A stretch of 35,993 nt of DNA from a virus (lineage: Duplodnaviria > Caudoviricetes). Every line of letters starts with the position of its first letter. Positions within the stretch are counted from its first letter, which is position 1. Shown here one piece after another: positions 26,873 to 33,670 of the stretch. The stretch is from positions 1 to 35,993 of IMG/VR virus record IMGVR_UViG_3300012346_000266. The stretch is one strand, 5' to 3'. The notes beneath the pieces are model-generated. The model did not search any database, was not told the origin of the DNA, and saw only the letters and a list, made by a program, of their open reading frames with translations. The translations under genes were made by a program, and so were the position numbers.

Positions 26873-27295
26873 ATGGCTTATGTATCTGAAGAAGTTATCA
26901 CCAAGGCTCGTACTGCTCTCAAAGTACTCAATAAAGATTATGGTGTAAAGAGCACTCTCAGTGGTAAAAGCGGTCTGTGCTTGAACCTTACTGTTGCAGA
27001 AGGCAGCATTGATTTTCTTAATAACTACTGCGAGACAATCGCAAGTAAGCGCATGCATCGTGATGTTGAGCAGATTATTGCTTGGGTTAAGCTTGAACAA
27101 CGTATTCAAATCAATCAGTACTATCTTGAGGATGCTTTCACTGGTATTGCTCTGGAGTATCTGCAGAAAGCTAAAGAGATCATGCATGTTGATCATTGGG
27201 ATAAATCAGATATTCAGAGCGACTATTTTCATTGCGCATACTACATAAATATGCAAGTTGGAACTTACAAAAAAGGTTATAAGTTTGTAAAATAA
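26873..27295 (+). CDS. Conserved hypothetical early protein
   Basis: MAYVSEE...YGVK..LS...N.YY...D.SDIQSDYFH.AYY...VG...K.Y. Confidence 0.8.
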   Translation: MAYVSEEVITKARTALKVLNKDYGVKSTLSGKSGLCLNLTVAEGSIDFLNNYCETIASKRMHRDVEQIIAWVKLEQRIQINQYYLEDAFTGIALEYLQKAKEIMHVDHWDKSDIQSDYFHCAYYINMQVGTYKKGYKFVK

Positions 27296-27306
27296 GATGA
27301 AGTATT

Positions 27307-27335
27307 ACCCGAGATTAATTTCTCGGGTTTTTTTT
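27307..27335 (+). terminator. Strong rho-independent terminator
   Basis: ACCCGAGA-TTAATT-TCTCGGGT then a T run. Confidence 0.85.
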
Positions 27336-27460
27336 GCGTTCTTTTTTGAAAAGCCGCTTTGGGTTTTACTTTCAATTTTTACCCAAAAACCCGCTTGCTT
27401 AATTTTTTTGAAAAGCCGCCTTGGTAATTATAAAAGTAAAATACCTAAATGAAATAGGTC

Positions 27461-27655
27461 GCCGACTCTGCAGTCAGAAACTATACCGTTCAGTCGCCGA
27501 ATAGACCGTTCAGTCACAAAATGAACAGTTCAGTCAGAAACTATACCGTTCAGTCAGAAACTAGACGGTTCAGTCGTAAAGTGACCGCAGAGTTCAAATT
27601 GTGACTAAGCAGTTCAAATTATGACCGGATAGTCACAAAATATATTCGGCAGTCA
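27461..27655. repeat. About ten degenerate 20-bp tandem units with a GAC-N6-GTC core
   Basis: CAGTC at 27471, 27491, 27511, 27531, 27551 and 27571; AGTTC/AGTC at 27591, 27611, 27631 and 27651; consensus TAGACCGTTCAGTCA. Confidence 0.9.
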
Positions 27656-27760
27656 TTATATAAGCATTTACTTATATAAGCGTTTACTTATATAAGCGAA
27701 CAATTATATAAGCGTTTACTTATATAAGCGAACAATTATATAAGCATTTACTTATATAAG
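27656..27760. repeat. Seven 16-bp tandem units, TTATATAAGC-N6
   Basis: Units start at 27656, 27672, 27688, 27704, 27720, 27736 and 27752. Confidence 0.92.
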
Positions 27761-27761
27761 G

Positions 27762-27890
27762 TTATCCACAGGTTATCCACAGGGTCAAAAGTTATGCACA
27801 GGCGGCAAGTTTTATGCCAGAGTTATCCACAGGTTATCAGTCTTATATAAGAGTCAAATTGTGGATAACTACAACTACTGGTGTGGACAA
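27762..27890. promoter_or_regulatory. DnaA-box cluster
   Basis: TTATCCACA at 27762, 27773 and 27823; TGTGGATAA at 27860; one-mismatch TTATGCACA at 27792 and TGTGGACAA at 27882. Confidence 0.85.
27805..27820 (-). promoter_or_regulatory. sigma54 -24/-12 consensus site
   Basis: CTGGCATAAAACTTGC on minus strand (GG-N10-GC). Confidence 0.5.
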
Positions 27891-28000
27891 CTTTTTCTAA
27901 GGGCATAGTACCAGAGACAAGGAAAATGGCTAAAAACGCCCTTAAAACCCGTTCTAGGGGCATGGCTTTTTATACAGTATTAAGTTTTGCAGTGTAATAC

Positions 28001-28016
28001 TGGCACGATCTTTGCT
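28001..28016 (+). promoter_or_regulatory. sigma54 -24/-12 consensus site
   Basis: TGGCACGATCTTTGCT is a perfect TGGCACG-N4-TTGCW. Confidence 0.65.
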
Positions 28017-28162
28017 CTTAGCGTGCGCGTGCATATTATTTATGAGAGAATCCTAGGTTAGAAACAAAAGTGTTCATTTAATAAAATGCAAATTATTTTC
28101 TAGGTGTTTACCCTAATAAATATCAAAATGAATACCAAATGAGCATATCAAGGGTTTTTTCC

Positions 28163-28233
28163 TGATATAATCAAGGCTAGACAATACGATAGAGTAGTCG
28201 AGTATACAAAAGTATACAGTTCTTTAAAAATTG
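28163..28233 (+). promoter_or_regulatory. Extended -10 promoter and boxA-like antitermination site for the AT-rich island
   Basis: TGaTATAAT at 28163-28171; GTTCTTTAAAAATT at 28219-28232 resembles rrn boxA (GCTCTTTAACAA). Confidence 0.55.
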
Positions 28234-28302
28234 AGAGATTTTCATTATTAATGCTTTAAATAGTATTAATAACCCCAAATCTCACAAACTAAAGGTTTCA
28301 AA

Positions 28303-28569
28303 ATGCAATTATCAGTTGAATATATGAGAAAATCAATTAATGAAAATCAATTGACATATATAACAGTTGGTGCAGTTAATAATCGAGATTATAATAAATT
28401 GAATCTCATTATTACATTATCAACGGGTTTTATTCCAACTAATAAAGATATATTCAATCTGATTGAATCATATGATAATGATGAAAAAGAATATGAAGAA
28501 TATGAAGCAAAACATTGGAATAATATTCAAAATGATTATATAAATAGAGGCTTAGGAAATATCTATTAA
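28303..28569 (+). CDS. Hypothetical (putative pre-early) protein
   Basis: ORF track; AAAGG SD. Confidence 0.65.
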   Translation: MQLSVEYMRKSINENQLTYITVGAVNNRDYNKLNLIITLSTGFIPTNKDIFNLIESYDNDEKEYEEYEAKHWNNIQNDYINRGLGNIY

Positions 28570-28570
28570 A

Positions 28571-28631
28571 TAGAATATCAGATTATAACCCTATAATATA
28601 ATATGGGGTTATATTCGGATGATTTTATCCG
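28571..28631 (+). other. Intergenic stem-loop 1 (RNase III-like)
   Basis: TATAACCC...GGGGTTATA stem followed by CGGAT-N6-ATCCG. Confidence 0.6.
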
Positions 28632-28747
28632 GTTTAAATGAAAGTCAGATTATGTCAGATAATCAAATAATGGTTTCTCTTAACATTGTATTATGGTTTA
28701 TCATTTGCCCTATTATCAGTCATTTTATTTAATTGGAGAATATCAAA

Positions 28748-29005
28748 ATGAAATATACTAAAACAGTATTTATTCGCTCAGATAATCAATATAATCAATT
28801 TAAAGCCTTGAAAATCGGGCAGTGGGTTACTGGATTATCCCTTAATAATAAATCGGGATTATATCGGGGTCAGTTTATGGGTTTTGATAATGATAATATG
28901 CCGATTATTAATTTTCGGATTGATAATGCAAAACGTATTATCGACTGGAAAATGCAGTTTAAATCTAATAAATCGCTGCGTGATTTTGCCCGTATTAAGT
29001 GCTGA
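28748..29005 (+). CDS. Hypothetical (putative pre-early) protein
   Basis: LKIGQWV...RGQFMG; start after GGAG. Confidence 0.7.
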   Translation: MKYTKTVFIRSDNQYNQFKALKIGQWVTGLSLNNKSGLYRGQFMGFDNDNMPIINFRIDNAKRIIDWKMQFKSNKSLRDFARIKC

Positions 29006-29010
29006 TTAAT

Positions 29011-29071
29011 AATAATATCAGTTTATAATCCTAGTTTAAATACTGGGATTATATGCGGATAATATTGTCCG
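29011..29071 (+). other. Intergenic stem-loop 2 (RNase III-like)
   Basis: TATAATCCTAG...CTGGGATTATA then CGGAT-N6-GTCCG. Confidence 0.6.
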
Positions 29072-29088
29072 AAAATGAAAGTAATATC

Positions 29089-29304
29089 ATGAAATTGATT
29101 TCCACCATTAATAAGTCAATCGGGTTTCAAGCTAAAGTATATTATAATAATGATTATAATGAATATGTGGTTAAATATTATGATGAAAATAAACGGATTA
29201 TGTCAGATAATACATGGTATTATACTGACGATAGAGAAGACGCCATTAACACGGCACATAAAGAGATTGAATTTATGTCAAATAATAAAGTATTATCTGA
29301 TTAA
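29089..29304 (+). CDS. Hypothetical (putative pre-early) protein
   Basis: AKVYYNNDYNEYVVKYY...YYTDDREDAINTA. Confidence 0.7.
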   Translation: MKLISTINKSIGFQAKVYYNNDYNEYVVKYYDENKRIMSDNTWYYTDDREDAINTAHKEIEFMSNNKVLSD

Positions 29305-29319
29305 TTGGAGAATATCAAA

Positions 29320-29541
29320 ATGAAATATATTCAAGCATTTAATATCTGGAATATACCAAATGAATTGATTAAGTATATTCAACCCGGACAATATATTTAT
29401 GCAGGAACAAAAGATAATAAAGGAATATATCAGGGTATTAAAAAAACGGGTATTATTGTAGTGGCTTGGAAAGGGAATATAGATAATCAACACAATAAAA
29501 AGCAATATATTAAAACATTAAGGGATTATGCAAAATCATAA
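29320..29541 (+). CDS. Hypothetical protein, likely paralog of 28748-29005
   Basis: IQPGQYIYAG...KGIYQG; identical 29-bp RBS/start block. Confidence 0.7.
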   Translation: MKYIQAFNIWNIPNELIKYIQPGQYIYAGTKDNKGIYQGIKKTGIIVVAWKGNIDNQHNKKQYIKTLRDYAKS

Positions 29542-29545
29542 TCAA

Positions 29546-29606
29546 TAGTATTTTCTCATAATATATCGGTTTAATTATCGGTATATTATGGGGCTAATAT
29601 TAGCCG
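29546..29606 (+). other. Intergenic stem-loop 3 (RNase III-like)
   Basis: CATAATATATCG...CGGTATATTATG then GGCTAATATTAGCC. Confidence 0.6.
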
Positions 29607-29625
29607 ATAATCAAATCAAGGATAA

Positions 29626-30408
29626 ATGATTATGTCATGCTCAAAATCAGTCGCACAATATACAGATAATAATATTTTCACGGGTTATAAATCAGATAAT
29701 CTATTATCTATATCAAGTGATGCTAAAACTAGTAAGGGTTTAAAATACGGGTTTTTAACGGGTATATTGTATTTAGCCCCATATAAAACAATATCTATTT
29801 ATAATACGTGCGCTATGGCACATATAGCGGGTTGTGATATTGCTTGTTTATATGGTGCGGGTAGAGGTGCATTTACTAGCGTGCAAAATGCCCGTATTAA
29901 TAAAACAAACTGGTATTATCAGGATAAACAAGGGTTTATGCTGCAGTTAATAAAAAATATATATTCTCTGATTTATAAAGCTAATAAACTAGGTTTAACC
30001 CCATTAATCCGGTTAAATGGTACAAGCGATATTAAATGGGAGAATATCGGGTTTTATTATCAGGGTAAATCATACAATAATATAATGGAATTATTCCCCG
30101 ATATTCAATTCTATGATTATACGAAGATTATTAATCGAGATAATCTACCCGCTAATTATGATTTAACATTCTCATATTCAGGTAAACCGGAGTTTATTAA
30201 ATACGTTAATAAAGCAATTAATAAGGGAATGAGAATAGCGGTAGTATTTAAAAATAAACATAATCTCCCGAATGAGTTTATGGGATTATCTGTAGTAAAT
30301 GGGGATAATTCTGATATTCGACATTTAGATAAACATGGGGTTATTGTCGCATTATATGCAAAAGGCAAAGCAAAATCAGATAATAGCGGTTTTGTTGTGC
30401 ATAATTAA
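29626..30408 (+). CDS. Gp88-like protein (radical-SAM-like fold)
   Basis: ILYLAP...C......GC...CL..AGRG...AR..KT...RLNGTSDI...FYDYTK...NYDLTFS...GD..D.R..D...V.L.AKG.A..D.SGFV. Confidence 0.75.
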   Translation: MIMSCSKSVAQYTDNNIFTGYKSDNLLSISSDAKTSKGLKYGFLTGILYLAPYKTISIYNTCAMAHIAGCDIACLYGAGRGAFTSVQNARINKTNWYYQDKQGFMLQLIKNIYSLIYKANKLGLTPLIRLNGTSDIKWENIGFYYQGKSYNNIMELFPDIQFYDYTKIINRDNLPANYDLTFSYSGKPEFIKYVNKAINKGMRIAVVFKNKHNLPNEFMGLSVVNGDNSDIRHLDKHGVIVALYAKGKAKSDNSGFVVHN

Positions 30409-30422
30409 TAAGGGAATATATT

Positions 30423-30548
30423 ATGCATATTAAAACAATTTTCTTTTATCTATTATCAGTTTATGCTTTTTTGTGGCTTTGCATTATCGGATTAACCGTA
30501 TATTGTATGATAGTGCATAGAATCAATCAGTACTTTAAACGGGTTTAA
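30423..30548 (+). CDS. Small hydrophobic protein (41 aa)
   Basis: MHIKTIFFYLLSVYAFLWLCIIGLTVYCMIV...; AAGGG SD. Confidence 0.4.
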   Translation: MHIKTIFFYLLSVYAFLWLCIIGLTVYCMIVHRINQYFKRV

Positions 30549-30572
30549 ACGGGGATTCTAGCGCATCATTTA

Positions 30573-30608
30573 ACCGGGTTATATCTCAGGATGTAATCCG
30601 GTTTTTTT
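30573..30608 (+). terminator. Rho-independent terminator closing the island
   Basis: ACCGGGTTATATC...GATGTAATCCGGT then a T run. Confidence 0.75.
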
Positions 30609-30662
30609 GCGTTATAGCGGGTTTTAAGGGTTATAGTTTTATGCTATTAAGAGGGTTACATC

Positions 30663-30713
30663 ATAGGGAAAATCTATCATGAAAACCTAGGATTGATTAT
30701 AGGGAAAAACTAT
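30663..30713. promoter_or_regulatory. Two ATAG-N7-CTAT (OxyR/LysR-type) boxes
   Basis: ATAGGGAAAATCTAT at 30663-77 and ATAGGGAAAAACTAT at 30699-713. Confidence 0.5.
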
Positions 30714-30739
30714 TGCTTGCTTAAACCGATAGCCAATGA

Positions 30740-30812
30740 CAGTATAAGCGCAGGGTTATATAAGCGCATAGTTATATAAGTAAATCAATATATAAGCAAC
30801 TACTGATATATC
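30740..30812. repeat. Second 16-bp-period TATATAAG array
   Basis: Units at 30740, 30756, 30772, 30788 and (degenerate) 30804. Confidence 0.75.
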
Positions 30813-31228
30813 CAGCAAAAAAATTCTCCCTGCCCATTATAAGTATTATCAGTTATTTAAATATCAGTTAAAACCAAAATACAAAATACAAATAATACAA
30901 TCATATGATGCTTCGCATAGTATAAATGAAAGGTATATCAGATATTTTAAAATCGTAGCACATTTACATAACACAGTACACGTAGCTATCAAGCACCAAA
31001 GACTAACAGCAATTAATAACCGCACAAACATCCCATGCTAAAATGCAGATTACAAGCAAAAATCAACCGATAAAACATGATCCGATACTGTATTCCAGCT
31101 ACTATAACCCGCAACAAGCTGCTTAAAACCGCTATACAAAGCATTATCTTTTACTCAACATAGTATCTATGCAGTTAAACCTTATAATGCCTTCTAGAGC
31201 GTTTAAACCCTTTGATATTTACCCAAAG

Positions 31229-31259
31229 AAAAAACCCCAAGGCTATTAACCAAGGGGTT
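31229..31259 (-). terminator. Terminator for the leftward phoH-clpP unit
   Basis: AACCCC...GGGGTT hairpin with a T run on minus strand. Confidence 0.55.
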
Positions 31260-31273
31260 GTAAATTTTAATTT

Positions 31274-31951
31274 TTATTTATCTGCTTTTAAAAGTTGCTT
31301 AAGATTTTTAGCTTCAGCTTTAGCTCGTTTTTCTTGCATTTCTGCTCTGATTTCTAATCTTCGTACAATCTGTTCAGCGTCAAACCAAAGCTCTTTACCC
31401 ATGATAACTTCTTCGAGTTCTTTATCAGTTAGAAAATCCTGATAAACACTTTTCATTAAAGTCCTAACTTGCTTATCTACGAAAGAAGCATGAGAAATAA
31501 CATCTGATTGCTTACCAAAAGCTCCAAACGTAGCAGAGTGAACCATCATTGTAGCGTAAGGCGATACACTAATACTTGGTGAAGCTAAAGCAATAAGAGA
31601 AGCTGCACTCGCTGCTACACCTTCAATACTTGCGTGAACATCAGCATCTGTGTTTTCGATAGCATTGATAATTGCAATTGCACCATCAAGTTGTCCACCA
31701 TAGCTATTGATATTCAGTAGTACTACATCACCTTCACCCAAGGATTCAACACCTTGTAGTACAGTTCTGTAATATTTAGCTTCTCGGATATTTTCATCCA
31801 AATAGACCTTAATGCAGCGATTTGTTTTGGTACTTTCAAAATAAGGTAAATACTGCGAATTAGTTCTGATATTTACTTCACCTTCTTCATCTTCGTCATC
31901 ATTACGAGCAGACCTGATTGTATAATTTTTAAATTTACTTTTTTCTTGCAT
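31274..31951 (-). CDS. clpP: ClpP-like serine protease
   Basis: LNINSYGG...I..AI...G.AASAAS.I...MMVH...ELWFDAE; start MQEKS after GGAG. Confidence 0.88.
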   Translation of the reverse strand: MQEKSKFKNYTIRSARNDDEDEEGEVNIRTNSQYLPYFESTKTNRCIKVYLDENIREAKYYRTVLQGVESLGEGDVVLLNINSYGGQLDGAIAIINAIENTDADVHASIEGVAASAASLIALASPSISVSPYATMMVHSATFGAFGKQSDVISHASFVDKQVRTLMKSVYQDFLTDKELEEVIMGKELWFDAEQIVRRLEIRAEMQEKRAKAEAKNLKQLLKADK

Positions 31952-31952
31952 A

Positions 31953-32480
31953 TTATTCTCCATGTTTATCTGAGTAACCATAACCGAGTGCAGTTAATTC
32001 AGCAAGTTTATTTCTTCTGAAAGTTACAGCTTTTGCGAAAGATTCCAACAATCCGTGTTTATTAACAGAGAAACATTTACTTTTAGCATTGACTGAATCA
32101 TTTTGTTCCCACCAAGCAATGCAATAAGTATTACCATTTCTTGTATAAAAACTTACGCCTGTAGTACCAGAAGTATTATTTTTACGCTTCTTTTGATTTC
32201 TGGCTTGAATATCTGCAGTTGCCCATCTTAGATTACCACGCTCATATCCTTTTGAAGCATCTATCCTATCAACAGACCATTTTCGAGGTGTATTATCTGG
32301 TGGATGACCTAAGTAATCACACCATGCTTTTGGATCATTCCTAAACTCTTCAGAAACATAAATACCTTTAGCTCCATATCTTTCATATTCAGGATGATTT
32401 TGATTATGACAACGATCTTTAGCATTTTGCCAAGCTATATAAACTTTGGTCCTAGAATAACCATGTTCACTTTTTCGCAT
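31953..32480 (-). CDS. HNH-AP2 homing endonuclease
   Basis: Y..W...K.RC...YG..GI.V...SVDRID..KGY..GNLRWA...Q..N; NTSGTTGV AP2 domain. Confidence 0.88.
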   Translation of the reverse strand: MRKSEHGYSRTKVYIAWQNAKDRCHNQNHPEYERYGAKGIYVSEEFRNDPKAWCDYLGHPPDNTPRKWSVDRIDASKGYERGNLRWATADIQARNQKKRKNNTSGTTGVSFYTRNGNTYCIAWWEQNDSVNAKSKCFSVNKHGLLESFAKAVTFRRNKLAELTALGYGYSDKHGE

Positions 32481-33255
32481 TAGTTACTCCTTTAAGTTTT
32501 AGAGATTTTTCATATTCATCTAAAATGCTTGTTTTAGTAAATTCAGCATCAATCTCGTCTTCGTATGCGATAACAAACTCTTTCGTCAAACCGCTACGGA
32601 CAACATCATCTCTTGTGAAACTGGTAAAGCTGCAATCTGAGATATTATACTTTTTACAAATATTTTCAAGATATGTTAAACCATCCATACCTTTCTTAAC
32701 GTCAGTTTGTGGGCCGGTATTATCGCCACAGAAAATAATCTGACTATCTGTACCTACACGAGTAGTTAAAGCTTGAACTTCCGCAGCAAACAATCCTTGA
32801 CTTTCATCAACAATGATGATGCTGTCATTCCAGCTTCTACCTCGGATAGTCTCTAAGCTACAAATTTCAATAGTTTTATTCTTTAGATGAATCTCTGTAG
32901 TTGCTTTACCTAGATAATCCTCAAAATAGTCAATCATCTGTTGATAGAAAGGAAGTAACTTCTCTTCTGCTGTTCCCGGTAGAAAACCAATGCTTCTTCC
33001 AGCTAAAGGTTGATATGCACGAATCAATACAACTTTCTTGATATCACCATAGTGTAATTTCTTAGCTGCATGATGAATAGCTAGTAATGTTTTACCTGTA
33101 CCTGCACTACCACGAGCTACAACCAAAGTATTATACTTCAGAGCTTCCAGTAATTCTTGCTGTTTGTCATTCATTGCATGCAGAACTGGGAATTGACTGC
33201 GTTGGAACTTCTCTTTTTGTACACGTTGTGATTGTACTTTTTGATTTCTTTTCAT
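32467..33255 (-). CDS. phoH: PhoH-like ATPase
   Basis: GSAGTGKT, IGFLPG..EEK, RGRS, IVDESQ, TRVG, GD..Q.D, DVVRSG. Confidence 0.95.
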   Translation of the reverse strand: MKRNQKVQSQRVQKEKFQRSQFPVLHAMNDKQQELLEALKYNTLVVARGSAGTGKTLLAIHHAAKKLHYGDIKKVVLIRAYQPLAGRSIGFLPGTAEEKLLPFYQQMIDYFEDYLGKATTEIHLKNKTIEICSLETIRGRSWNDSIIIVDESQGLFAAEVQALTTRVGTDSQIIFCGDNTGPQTDVKKGMDGLTYLENICKKYNISDCSFTSFTRDDVVRSGLTKEFVIAYEDEIDAEFTKTSILDEYEKSLKLKGVTNAKK

Positions 33256-33292
33256 ATTATCCTTTCTATACTGCTAATCGGATTAAATACTA

Positions 33293-33544
33293 TCAGCTAT
33301 TATCTTTTGGTTTACGACCTCGTTTAACTTCTGATTTATCTTCAGTATTATCTTCAGTAACTAATTCAGTTGGACCTTTAATTTTAGGTTCAGCTTTAAC
33401 CATACCAGTAACTAGCATTGAGCCAAAAGCAGTTGGGAACAATTCGTTACTTTCGAAGTCAAATCTCCAACCTTCAATGATACTTTGTTGTACCGCTTGA
33501 CAAAACTCATATAAGCTATAAGTTTCAATTCTCTTAATTTCCAT
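33293..33544 (-). CDS. Hypothetical protein with C-terminal basic KRGRKPK motif
   Basis: AAGGAG SD; ORF track. Confidence 0.7.
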   Translation of the reverse strand: MEIKRIETYSLYEFCQAVQQSIIEGWRFDFESNELFPTAFGSMLVTGMVKAEPKIKGPTELVTEDNTEDKSEVKRGRKPKDNS

Positions 33545-33591
33545 AAGTACTCCTTCTTAAGTTGATCAACACTAAGTCCGTGTTAGCTCAA

Positions 33592-33670
33592 TTATAGCAT
33601 GTACCAAATCGTAAGTCAACTAAAATATTTTATAAAAGTACTTGACAAATGCAAAATTGTGTGATACCCT
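33592..33670. promoter_or_regulatory. Divergent sigma70 promoters
   Basis: Minus: TTGACT-N17-TATAAT (about 33591-33619); plus: TTGACA at 33642 followed by TGTGATAC. Confidence 0.55.

Noticed and set aside
27461-27760. Possible CRISPR array
   Set aside because: Units are contiguous 16- and 20-bp tandem repeats without unique 25-40-bp spacers; no cas genes
27962-27979. LexA box ATGGCTTTTTATACAGTA
   Set aside because: Only the right half-site matches CTGT-N8-ACAG; too weak to call, though it lies within the site mosaic
13537-30368. Minus-strand ORFs inside the rightward block (e.g. 14245, 18646, 19796, 23442, 26849, 29293, 30156)
   Set aside because: Antisense shadows with no RBS or motifs
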